NCBI GenBank assembly: GCA_001784175.1
Contig: MFPR01000011.1
Coordinates: forward strand, 1 to 64,000
DNA: 64,000 nt
Origin: Candidatus Lindowbacteria bacterium RIFCSPLOWO2_12_FULL_62_27
GTDB taxonomy: Bacteria > Lindowbacteria > 2-12-FULL-62-27
Direction of reading: 5' to 3'
Position 1 is the stretch's first letter. Each line of letters starts with the position of its first letter. Below, in pieces: positions 1 to 8,989 of this stretch. The notes under the pieces were generated by a model. That model did not search any database and was not told where the DNA came from. It saw only the letters and a program-made list of their open reading frames with translations. A program made the translations under genes and the position numbers.

Positions 1-541
1 AACTTTTCCGATGCCGTTGGCAGTCTCATCTCACCTTGCACCAGATGATTATGACTCACAACCTCGAAAATTCACCCACAGGAAAACCGGAAGAGGCAAA
101 CATTCAAACGGGTTCGACTCTCCAAGCACAAACGCTTTCGGATTGCCTCTCTGCCCGTCTTTTTGCCCAAGGTTGGCTGGGTACGTCTCTTTGTTTCCAA
201 AACACCGGAGGCGGCTATCGTTTTTACATCTCCAACAATCTGCTCATGACCGAGGAGGAAATGGTCCGGCTCTACTCCCAGCGCTTCTGGATCGAAACCT
301 TCCATCAGGAAATCAAACAGCATCTCGGATTCCGCGAGGTCTTTATGCGATCTTGGATCGGCGTCCAAACACACTGGACGCTCGTCGCGATCGCGTACAA
401 TCTCATCGGCGTCGGATGTCGTCATTCCTCTGGAAGTTTTCGTCAGAAGATTTTCTCCTTTCGAGAGTCGATCATCCCCCGGGCGCTCTTCATTCTGTCC
501 AAAAAATCGCTCGCGCGGCGGTGAAATGTGCCAAAGTCGAG
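1..541 (+). mobile_element. IS701/IS4-like DDE transposase remnant (frameshifted 3' part) with probable right end just after the stop codon
   Basis: Frame 3 carries YISN...LYSQRFWIETFHQEIKQHLG...HWTLVAIAY, a typical DDE C-terminal signature (stop at 524). Frame 1 carries the preceding block FKRVRL...VFLPKVGWVRLFVSKT, so there is a frameshift near 205-215. AATGTGCCAAAGTCGAG (525-541) resembles an IS701-type terminus. Confidence 0.65.
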
Positions 542-1088
542 TCAAGTAATAGACAATGCTGGACAATTTGGCGATTCCGTTCTGAAGGGTGTTTTACCGA
601 ATCAAAAAGCCAGCGAGAACAGTGTTGGTGGAAAAACATTAGGCCCTGCTGTTCCTCCCACTGAACAAGTGGTTATATGCGACACGTTCATCCTCGACCT
701 GATCGGCCAAGTGCGCGAAGCAGTCGCGGCGGGCTGGATCAAGCGCGACCTGCGGAAAGACCGTGACGACGATGACGACCACGGCCAGCGGAAGGGCGAC
801 GACAAGGGCAAGAAGAAAGGCCACGAGAAGGACGACGACGAAGGCGACGACAACGGGGTCGATGACGACCTGTCCGACGCGGACAAGCAGTTGCCCGGCG
901 TTGCGAAGGCGCTCATCAAGAAATTGACGAAGGCGCGCCGGGAGTGCCTGCGCGGTCGGTTTGGCGATGCGCGGGAGATGCTGCGGGCGCTTCTCAAGCA
1001 GGTGAACGCGCAGCGGGGCAAACACCTGACAGACGAGGCGTATTATCTGATCCGGTTCAACGCGGAGTTTCTGCTCGAGAAAATCTAG
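528..1088 (+). CDS. C-terminal FIMAH-like helical domain protein with an Asp/Lys-rich insert; probably the 3' part of an IS-interrupted gene
   Basis: The end LRALLKQVNAQRGKHLTDEAYYLIRFNAEFLL resembles FIMAH-type C-terminal domains. The GTG start lies inside the putative IS end and there is no signal peptide. Confidence 0.5.
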   Translation: MPKSSQVIDNAGQFGDSVLKGVLPNQKASENSVGGKTLGPAVPPTEQVVICDTFILDLIGQVREAVAAGWIKRDLRKDRDDDDDHGQRKGDDKGKKKGHEKDDDEGDDNGVDDDLSDADKQLPGVAKALIKKLTKARRECLRGRFGDAREMLRALLKQVNAQRGKHLTDEAYYLIRFNAEFLLEKI

Positions 1089-1195
1089 TCCTTCTTGTTT
1101 GGGCGCCAATCATCGCCCTTAAGTAACCGCTTTTTTTTTGGTCCCATCTTTGTTAGTCTTTTCCGGAAGAGGGGAACAAAAGGAGAGCCGTCTTC

Positions 1196-1696
1196 ATGCC
1201 CATATCGTCAGCCCAACGGGAGCGACTGTCGATGGGCGTCAGCATATTCGAGGGGCTGGCGCCGTACGAGATTGACATCATCGCCGAGGCGCTGTATCCG
1301 CGCAGTCTCAAGGCCGGCGCCGAAATCATCCGCGAGGGATCCTTCAGCGAATGCATGTTCATTATTCTGAGCGGCAAAGTCCGTGTGGAGAAGGACATCA
1401 ACCGGACGCCGCGGCCGGTGTGGTATCTGAACGCCGGCGACTGTTTCGGCGAGATGTCGCTGTTCGACCGGCTGCCGCGGTCGGCCTCGGTGTATGCGGA
1501 CACGGACGTCGATATCCTTCTGATGTACCGGGTCGAGATGGAGGAGATGTTTGAGAGGCATCCGCACATCGCCTACCGGGTCATGATTCAGTTGTTCCGG
1601 ACCGTGAGCATCCGTATGCGCCAGGTGTTGGCGCAGCTCGGGCCGCCGACGCCCCAAGCGCCGGCGCCGGCCCCGGCCGCGTCGGCGAAGTCGTAG
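1196..1696 (+). CDS. Stand-alone cyclic-nucleotide-binding domain protein (no HTH)
   Basis: IIREG...MFIILSGKVRV...GDCFGEMSLFDRLPRSASV phosphate-binding cassette; RBS AGGAGA upstream. Confidence 0.9.
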   Translation: MPISSAQRERLSMGVSIFEGLAPYEIDIIAEALYPRSLKAGAEIIREGSFSECMFIILSGKVRVEKDINRTPRPVWYLNAGDCFGEMSLFDRLPRSASVYADTDVDILLMYRVEMEEMFERHPHIAYRVMIQLFRTVSIRMRQVLAQLGPPTPQAPAPAPAASAKS

Positions 1697-1710
1697 GCGG
1701 ACTCACTCCG

Positions 1711-3393
1711 ATGCCCATGGATCCCGTACATGCGTATCTGATCGAGAAGGGCATCCTCAAGAAAGCCGACTACGAGCGCGCCGCCGAAGCGGTGGAGCGC
1801 GGCGACGCCGAGATCAGCGAGTTGAACGGATACCTGATCAACAAGGAACTCCTCCGCATGGAGGACCTGCTGGCGGCGATGGCCGCCGTGATGAAACTGC
1901 GGCGGGTCGAAATCCGTCCCGGGAGCCTCGATCCGGCCCTCAAGACCATTTTTCCGATCAAACTTCTCACCAAACTCAACGTCGTCCCGGTCCTGCAGGA
2001 CGGCCCTCGGCTGGACGTCGCGATCAGCGATCCGATGCAGCTCATGGCGATCGACGATCTGCGCCTCTCGACCGACCTCGAGGTCCAGGCGGTGCTGGCC
2101 AAGCCCGAGGAGATCGAAGCCGCGCTCATCGAGTTCGGCGCGGACGTCGGCGCGGTGCGGCGGGCGCTGGCGGAACTGCAGGGCATCAGCGTGGGGGAGG
2201 GCGAGGACGATCCGCAGGCGGCGGAACGTCTGGCGAACGAAGCGCCGGTGGTGAAACTGGTGAACGGCATCCTCGAGCAGGCGGTGGAATCGCGGTCGAG
2301 CGACATTCACATCGAGCCGGAGGAGGACGCGCTGAACGTGAAATTCCGGATCGACGGCGTTCTCCAGATCGCGCACCAGCTGGACAAAAATCTGCGGTCG
2401 CTCGTTTCGTCCCGCCTCAAAATCATGGCCGGACTCGACATCGCCGAAAAGCGCCTTCCGCAGGACGGGCACATCCGGCAGAAACTCGGCAACCGCATCA
2501 TCGATTTCCGCATCTCGACGTTGCCGGTCGTCGGCGGCGAGAGCGTCGTGCTCCGCGTCCTCGACCGGCGGTCCGGCGAGGTCCCGCTGGAGAAACTGGG
2601 ACTTTTGCCCGAGATGAAATCTCAATTCGATCGCGTGCTGGGCGCGCCCAACGGCATTGTTCTCGTGACGGGTCCCACGGGCAGCGGCAAGACCACGACG
2701 CTGTACGCGGCGCTTCGGCGGCTGGCCGACGGGACGATGAAAATCCTGACGATCGAGGACCCGGTGGAGTTTCCGCTGAAGGGCGTCGCGCAGATGGAGG
2801 TCAAGCACAAGATCGGTCTCGATTTCGCCTCCGGCCTCCGCGCCGCTCTGCGGCAGGACCCGGACATCATTCTGGTCGGCGAGATCCGGGACAAGGAGAC
2901 AGCGGAGGTCGCGATCCAGGCGTCCCTGACCGGACATCTCGTGCTGGCGACGCTCCACACGAACGACGCGCCCAGCGCGGTCACGCGGCTGCTCGACATG
3001 GGCGTCGAGCCGTTTCTGGTTTCGGCGTCCCTCACGGCGGTCCTGGCACAGCGGCTGGTCCGCCGCGTGTGCGCGTCCTGCGGCGAGCGCGCCACGCCGC
3101 CCGAGCATCTGCTGAAATCGTTCGGCATCGAATCGCCGAATGGCGCGACGTACATGAAAGGCCGGGGCTGCCGGGAGTGCGGCCAGACCGGGTATCGGGG
3201 AAGGGTCGGGATATATGAACTTCTGGTTCTGACGGACGACCTGCGTCCGATGATCCTTCAGCGCGCCGATTACCGGAGGATCGGCGCGGTGGCGCGGCGG
3301 TCCGGATACCGGTATCTGCGGGATGATGGCGTGGAAAAATCCAAACTCGGCTGGACGACGCTGGACGAAATCGTCCAGATGGCGGGCGAGTAA
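1711..3393 (+). CDS. gspE: GspE/PilB-family secretion ATPase
   Basis: SDIHIEP, Walker A GPTGSGKTT, TIEDPVE, LRQDPDIILVGEIRD, TGHLVLATLH and a tetracysteine Zn motif. Confidence 0.93.
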   Translation: MPMDPVHAYLIEKGILKKADYERAAEAVERGDAEISELNGYLINKELLRMEDLLAAMAAVMKLRRVEIRPGSLDPALKTIFPIKLLTKLNVVPVLQDGPRLDVAISDPMQLMAIDDLRLSTDLEVQAVLAKPEEIEAALIEFGADVGAVRRALAELQGISVGEGEDDPQAAERLANEAPVVKLVNGILEQAVESRSSDIHIEPEEDALNVKFRIDGVLQIAHQLDKNLRSLVSSRLKIMAGLDIAEKRLPQDGHIRQKLGNRIIDFRISTLPVVGGESVVLRVLDRRSGEVPLEKLGLLPEMKSQFDRVLGAPNGIVLVTGPTGSGKTTTLYAALRRLADGTMKILTIEDPVEFPLKGVAQMEVKHKIGLDFASGLRAALRQDPDIILVGEIRDKETAEVAIQASLTGHLVLATLHTNDAPSAVTRLLDMGVEPFLVSASLTAVLAQRLVRRVCASCGERATPPEHLLKSFGIESPNGATYMKGRGCRECGQTGYRGRVGIYELLVLTDDLRPMILQRADYRRIGAVARRSGYRYLRDDGVEKSKLGWTTLDEIVQMAGE

Positions 3394-4764
3394 ATGGCGC
3401 GGGAGGACCTCACGCTTGGTGTGGCCGTCGGCGAAGAGCAGGTGCATGGCGTGTGGATGGAGGGCGCGACGAAGGTCCGGTCGGAGGCCGTGCCGCTGGG
3501 GTTCCGGTCATTTGCCGACGCGCTGAAGGAACTGGTCGGCAAATCGCCTCGGGCGCCCGACTGCTTGGTTCTGGCGGTGCCGTTTCAACGGCTGCTCATG
3601 CGGAGCATCGAGATTCCGCCGGCGCCGGATTTGCCGCTGGGCCCGTTTGCCGAGCAGTTTGCGGCGACGGAGCTGCCGTATCCGATCGAGGAGGCCATCG
3701 TGGATTATTCGGTGGCGCAGACGCCCGGCGGCCGGCAGCTCATGCTCGTGGCGGGCCAGAAAAAGGATTTTGAGCCGTACCGGACGGCGCTGGAAACCAT
3801 CGAGGTCCCGAAACGCGTATCGATTCCGCTGACGCTGGCCTGTTTCAAGGCGGCGGACCTGCCGAAAGACGCTCCAAACGCGCTGTTCGTTTATTTCTGG
3901 CGTTCGAATCTCGAAATCCTGTGGTATTTTCACGGTCAGCCGAGATACTTGAGACTGGTTCCGATGCCGCTGGCGCGCGTGGTGGCCGGCGTGACGTCGC
4001 GGGACCCGGATTTTGTGGCGGCGCTGGCGGCGGAGCTTCGCGTTTCCGGAGAATTCATCCGCAAGCAGACCGGATCGGATTTGCGGCAGGTCTCGGCCAC
4101 GGTGGTGAGCGTCGATCGGCGGTTCGACGACCTGCCGACGCTGATTCAGCCCGATCTGCCCTTCCCGATCCGCTGCCGGCTTCTTGAGGGGCCGGAGGGA
4201 CTCATGCTGGCATCGGGCGCGTGCAGGGCCGTCCGCGCGGGCGACTGGGATTTGAATTTATTTGAACCGAAGAAATACAAGTCGGCCGAATCGGCGGCGC
4301 CGGCGGCGCGCGGCCGGGAGTGGATGGTCGTGTCGCTGGCGGCGATTCTCATCCTGCTGGTGCTGGCGACGGTCAAGACGCTGGTGGCGTACACGTGGGT
4401 CAAGAACGCGGAGGCGGAATCGCAGGCGATGTCGTCGGGCGGCGCGAACTCCGGAACGGTAGACGCACCCGCAGGCGCGGCCACGCAGCTCGCGGCGTTT
4501 TTGTCCGGCCCGGACGCGGTCGACGTCCTGGACCGGCTTGCCCGGGCTTTGCCGGAAGGCACGCAGATTCAGGACCTGACGATCGACGACGCGCAAGTTT
4601 CCATCCGGGGTCTCGCGGTGCGGTCGATGTCCGTCTATGAGGGTCTTTCCGAGGGCGGCTTTCGCGATATCCGTTTTCTTCAGGATGTCGTTCGCGCCGA
4701 GGGGTCGGACTTGGAGCAGTTCGGGCTGGCGGCGCGGCATCCTTTTGCGGCGGATGCCGAGTGA
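3394..4764 (+). CDS. GspL / PilM-PilN-like assembly platform protein
   Basis: Actin-like cytoplasmic part (ELPYPIEEAIVDY), one TM helix, and a PilN-like periplasmic domain (LARALPEGTQIQDLTI...SIRGLA); operon position. Confidence 0.7.
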   Translation: MAREDLTLGVAVGEEQVHGVWMEGATKVRSEAVPLGFRSFADALKELVGKSPRAPDCLVLAVPFQRLLMRSIEIPPAPDLPLGPFAEQFAATELPYPIEEAIVDYSVAQTPGGRQLMLVAGQKKDFEPYRTALETIEVPKRVSIPLTLACFKAADLPKDAPNALFVYFWRSNLEILWYFHGQPRYLRLVPMPLARVVAGVTSRDPDFVAALAAELRVSGEFIRKQTGSDLRQVSATVVSVDRRFDDLPTLIQPDLPFPIRCRLLEGPEGLMLASGACRAVRAGDWDLNLFEPKKYKSAESAAPAARGREWMVVSLAAILILLVLATVKTLVAYTWVKNAEAESQAMSSGGANSGTVDAPAGAATQLAAFLSGPDAVDVLDRLARALPEGTQIQDLTIDDAQVSIRGLAVRSMSVYEGLSEGGFRDIRFLQDVVRAEGSDLEQFGLAARHPFAADAE

Positions 4765-4771
4765 GGCCGCG

Positions 4772-5341
4772 ATGTTCCTGAAACGGCGCGTGAAGGGATT
4801 GGCGGGACCGGCGGCGGCGCCGCCGGCCCACGCGGCCGGCACAGCCGGCGCGTCGAAGGACCGATTGCGGATCATGCTTTTGGCGGGCGTCGGGGTCTTG
4901 TGCCTCGCCTATTGGATCCGTGTACGGCCAATGCAGGTCGAGACGGAAGAAATATTGACTTCGATCGAGTCGGGCGCGGCTGATACCGGCGAACCCGACG
5001 TGGATTTTCCGGCGGCGGCCTATGTCGAATCTCCGGAGAAGGCGCTTGCGATGTTTTATGCGGACGTGGAAGCGCACGTAAAATCGGCCGGGATGTCACT
5101 CGAAAGCCGGCAGGTCCGGGTCGAGCCGGACGATCGATACCCGGCGACGCCGATCATTTTTGAAGGGCGCGCCAAAGGCCGATGGCAGGCCGTGACGCGG
5201 TTTGCGGGCCTTGTGAGGTCCGCCACGCCGCGGATCCGTCTGACGAGGCTGACGCTGAACCGCGGTTCGGACGGGCGGGACGTCGAGATATTCTTCGAAG
5301 CGCGCGCGCTGGCGATGCCCCGCGCCGGCGGTGAGGCGTGA
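4772..5341 (+). CDS. GspM/PilO-like protein
   Basis: One TM helix followed by a ferredoxin-like domain (GRWQAVTRFAGLV...IRLTRLTL). Start uncertain (4754 or 4772). Confidence 0.6.
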   Translation: MFLKRRVKGLAGPAAAPPAHAAGTAGASKDRLRIMLLAGVGVLCLAYWIRVRPMQVETEEILTSIESGAADTGEPDVDFPAAAYVESPEKALAMFYADVEAHVKSAGMSLESRQVRVEPDDRYPATPIIFEGRAKGRWQAVTRFAGLVRSATPRIRLTRLTLNRGSDGRDVEIFFEARALAMPRAGGEA

Positions 5342-5922
5342 TGAAATTCGGCGCGGGATGGGAGCGGACGGTCCCCGGCGGCGTGGGGTTGGCGGTGCTT
5401 GCGGTATTCGGCTGGTCGGCGATCCGGGAACTGTCGGACCTTTCCGCGCGCATCTCCGGCGCCGGCGCGGTCGAAACGGAAAGGCCGCGGGCTGCCCGTC
5501 CGGCGGAATTTCTTGCCGACGAGATCGACACGCTGACGCTGAAGTGGTTCGGCGGGTCGGCGGTCAGGCCGGCGGACATCGTGCTGGCGCCGGTGGGCCG
5601 AAGAAGGATTCCAGTTCCGGAGCCGCCTCCGGAGGAGATGGCGGTTGTGGCCGAACCGATCGCGGAGACTGTGGCGGAGGTTGCAGCGCCCGAGGAGCCG
5701 GTGGAGCCGGCCGCGCTGTTTCCGGCCATGAAGTTGTCCGGGATATTCATCGGAGGCGCCGTGCAGTCGATCGTGGCGGAATTCGAGGGAACGAAGCGGA
5801 CGTTGGCGCTCGGCCAGGACATTCAGGGCTGGCGGTTGATTGACCTCCAGCGTTCCGCCGCCGTGTTCGAGTCGCCCGGCGGCCAGGTCGAAACCGTGCG
5901 GCTCTTCGCGAGCGCGCGATGA
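5338..5922 (+). CDS. GspC/PilP-like protein
   Basis: N-terminal TM helix, Pro/Glu linker, C-terminal beta domain (MKLSGIF...LALGQDIQGWRLI); lies just before the secretin. Confidence 0.6.
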   Translation: MMKFGAGWERTVPGGVGLAVLAVFGWSAIRELSDLSARISGAGAVETERPRAARPAEFLADEIDTLTLKWFGGSAVRPADIVLAPVGRRRIPVPEPPPEEMAVVAEPIAETVAEVAAPEEPVEPAALFPAMKLSGIFIGGAVQSIVAEFEGTKRTLALGQDIQGWRLIDLQRSAAVFESPGGQVETVRLFASAR

Positions 5923-8888
5923 AAATGTCGTTGCGGGCCGTCGTCGCGTGCGCCGCGTGGTTGGCCCTGTGGCTTTGGCCATGCGGCGTTACGGCCGAGG
6001 TGATCGAGGGCGATGCGGTGCTGGACCAGGCGCGTCTCTTGATCGACGCGGGCCAGCCCGAATCGGCGCGGGAGATTTTGTCATCGTACATTTCAAGCGG
6101 GGGCGTTCAAAAGGATCACGCCGAGTATCTGGCGGCACTGACCTCTTTTGCGGACACCGACCCGGAGGTCCCGCGGCGGGCGGTCGAGACGTTCCGGAAA
6201 AAGTTTCCGAATTCAAAATACGCGCCGATGGCCATGTACCGCCTCGGCCAGTTTTACCGCGTGACGCTCCGGGACCCGGACCGTGCGATTCAGGTCTACT
6301 CGCAGTTCATTCAGCAATTTCCCAAGGAGACGCTGGCGCGCGACGCGCACCTGTGGCTGTCCTCGGCCCTCATCGACGGCGGGCAGTACGACCGCGCAGT
6401 TTCGACGATCCATCAGGCGCTGTCGATTTATGAATATTCGCCTCAGGACAGAAACGTCCTCGAGGGGTTGCTCGATTTTGCGAAGCAGAGCACGCAGAGG
6501 ACCGTTTCGAGCGCCGCCGGCGGCGTGACAGTCGACGTCCGGCCCTCCGTCGCGACCGCGCCGGCAGGCGCCGCGCCAGTCGAACCGGTCGAGGCGCCGG
6601 AACGCGTGCCCGCTCGCGATGTGCGCCCGGACCGGACCGCGCCTTCAGCGCCTACTGCGGACCGGCGCGCGGCGGCGGACAGGCTGGAATCGGAAACAGA
6701 GCCGGGCGTGCTGATGAATTATCGCGACGCCGACATTGATGATGTGTTGAATTCGCTCGCGGAGGAGCTGGGACTGACCTTCATCAAGGACGAGGAGGTT
6801 CAGGGCAAGATCACCGTCATCAACCCGCGCAAACTCACTTCGACCGAGGCCATGCACTTGTTCGAGTCCATTCTGGAACTCAAGGGGTACGCGATGGTCC
6901 GGTCGGGGTCCGTTTACAAGATTTTGCCGGCGCAGAAAAGCCACACGCGCGGCCTCGATGTGTATCCCTCGGAAACGCCGCCGCCGCGCGAGGACCGGCC
7001 GGTCACCAAGATCATCCGCCTGAACCAGGCGCTGGCGCAGGATGTCGTCCAAACGCTTCAGCCCCTCCTCGGCGACGCCGGGACCCTGCAGGCCGACCTT
7101 GCCAAAAATTCCATCATCCTCACCGGCATGGGCTCGAACGTGTTTCGGCTCGAGTCGGTGGCCCGGTCGATCGACGGGGCCGGCGCGTCGGACCAGCACG
7201 AGGCGGTGGCGCTGAAATTTCTGTCGGCCGCCGAGGCGCTGCCTCTGGTGCAGAGGCTTCTGGCGACCACGCAGCCGGAAAATCTTGGATCGCTGAAACT
7301 CGTTGCCGGCCCGACGCCCGTCTATCTGTTCGCGGTCGGCCCGATGGAGATGATTTTCAAAGTCCGCGACATCGTGAAATTGATCGATGTGCCCGGCTAC
7401 AAGGAGGAGTCGCTGAAAGTATACGCGCTCAAGCAGGCCAACGCGGAGAAACTCGCGGGATTTCTGGAGACGCTCCTCGCCAAGGGCCTCGCCGGGACGA
7501 CGCCCGAGGGCGCGCCGAGCCGGCCGGGCGTGGTGAGCGCGGACCGGATGACCAACAGCATCGTGGTCCTGGGCTCGCGCGCGTTTCACGACATCATCGG
7601 CCCGCTCATCGACCGGCTGGACTACGAGGGCTTCGCGGCGTTCCGGGTCCAGGTCATTCCGCTGAAACATGCGGGCGCGGCGGACTTGGCGCAGAAATTT
7701 GAAAACATTGTCGCGCGCGGAATGGGCCCGCGGGGCGAAGCCTACAGCAACCAGATTCTGATCCAGGCCGACGCGCGGCTGAACGCGCTCCTGATCGCGT
7801 CGACGTCGCAGTCTCTGTTGAAAACGCTCGGCAGTCTCGCTTCGGCGCTGGACCGGCCGGCCGAGGAGGGCGGGCCGCGGACGATGGTCTATTATCTGGA
7901 AAACGGCGACGCCACCAAGCTCGTGACGGTCCTGAGCGACATTTTCTCCCGAACCGAGGGGCAGACGGTGCAGCCCGCGAAAATCGTGGCGGACCAGGGG
8001 ACGAATTCGCTGGTCATCGTCGCCATGCGCGAGAATTACGAAGCGGTCATGGAAACGATCATGAAACTCGACATCGCGCCCTACCAGGTCCTCGTCGAAG
8101 CGATCATCCTCGAGGTCACGCTGGATGAGAGCACCGATTTCGGCGTCGACTGGACCTGGAAAAAATCCAACTTCGACGTCAATCTGCGCGACGCGTCACC
8201 GACGACCGGGCTCAAACAGGCGGTCCTCAAGGACCGCAAGACGCTCGACGGCCTCATCTACGCGCTTGTGTCCAAGGCCAACACGCGCGTCCTGGCGACG
8301 CCGCGCATTTTCGCCGCCAACAACCAGGAGGCCTCCATCCTCATCGGCGACGAGGTCCCCGTCAAAACCGGAACGACGACCACCACCACCGGCGTCACGC
8401 AGAACACATTCGAGTACAAGGATGTCGGCATCAAGCTCACCGTCAAGCCCCTCATCAACCGCAAGCGCCAGACGGCGATGACCGTCACGCAGGAGATCAA
8501 GTCGATCCGCGGCACCACCGTCAGCGGCGTCAGCTCGGAAAATCCGGTCTTTCAGTCGCGCCAGACCAAGACCAACGTCATGCTGGAGGACGGCCAGACC
8601 GCCGTCATCAGCGGGCTGATTCGGACCGAACGCACCAAACAGCGGAGCAAGGTCCCGCTCCTGGGTGATCTGCCGCTGGTCGGCGCCGCTTTCCGCAGCA
8701 CCTCGGAGGACGACGTGCGGACCGAACTCATGGTCTTCATCACGCCGACGGTGATCGTCTCCCAGAAGGAAATGAAAGCGGCGGTCAAGGCGCAGAAGAA
8801 GGGCGGCGAGGACGCCGGCTTCGGCCCCGCCGACCTCACCCCGGACACGCCGCGCACGAAGTTTCTGCAGGATTTTATTTTGAAGTAA
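5919..8888 (+). CDS. gspD: GspD-like secretin with an N-terminal TPR/BamD-like domain and extra N-domains
   Basis: Signal peptide, TPR repeats (FPNSKYAPMAMYRLG), N0 domain, five Secretin_N-like repeats and a secretin core (QVLVEAIILEV...KVPLLGDLPLVGAAFRS...ELMVFITP). Confidence 0.9.
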   Translation: MKMSLRAVVACAAWLALWLWPCGVTAEVIEGDAVLDQARLLIDAGQPESAREILSSYISSGGVQKDHAEYLAALTSFADTDPEVPRRAVETFRKKFPNSKYAPMAMYRLGQFYRVTLRDPDRAIQVYSQFIQQFPKETLARDAHLWLSSALIDGGQYDRAVSTIHQALSIYEYSPQDRNVLEGLLDFAKQSTQRTVSSAAGGVTVDVRPSVATAPAGAAPVEPVEAPERVPARDVRPDRTAPSAPTADRRAAADRLESETEPGVLMNYRDADIDDVLNSLAEELGLTFIKDEEVQGKITVINPRKLTSTEAMHLFESILELKGYAMVRSGSVYKILPAQKSHTRGLDVYPSETPPPREDRPVTKIIRLNQALAQDVVQTLQPLLGDAGTLQADLAKNSIILTGMGSNVFRLESVARSIDGAGASDQHEAVALKFLSAAEALPLVQRLLATTQPENLGSLKLVAGPTPVYLFAVGPMEMIFKVRDIVKLIDVPGYKEESLKVYALKQANAEKLAGFLETLLAKGLAGTTPEGAPSRPGVVSADRMTNSIVVLGSRAFHDIIGPLIDRLDYEGFAAFRVQVIPLKHAGAADLAQKFENIVARGMGPRGEAYSNQILIQADARLNALLIASTSQSLLKTLGSLASALDRPAEEGGPRTMVYYLENGDATKLVTVLSDIFSRTEGQTVQPAKIVADQGTNSLVIVAMRENYEAVMETIMKLDIAPYQVLVEAIILEVTLDESTDFGVDWTWKKSNFDVNLRDASPTTGLKQAVLKDRKTLDGLIYALVSKANTRVLATPRIFAANNQEASILIGDEVPVKTGTTTTTTGVTQNTFEYKDVGIKLTVKPLINRKRQTAMTVTQEIKSIRGTTVSGVSSENPVFQSRQTKTNVMLEDGQTAVISGLIRTERTKQRSKVPLLGDLPLVGAAFRSTSEDDVRTELMVFITPTVIVSQKEMKAAVKAQKKGGEDAGFGPADLTPDTPRTKFLQDFILK

Positions 8889-8916
8889 CCCCGGCGGGTA
8901 ATCTTTCAAGGAGGGG

Positions 8917-8964
8917 ATCCCCCCTCTCCCGCCATTGGCGGGAGAGGGTCGGGGTGAGGGTGGC
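8917..8964. repeat. REP-like palindromic element between convergent genes
   Basis: CCCTCTCCCGCC-ATT-GGCGGGAGAGGG hairpin plus GGGGTGAGGG tail; near-identical to the reverse complement of 50869-50916. Confidence 0.8.
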
Positions 8965-8989
8965 CCAGATGCTGTTGTCCTCTCACCTC

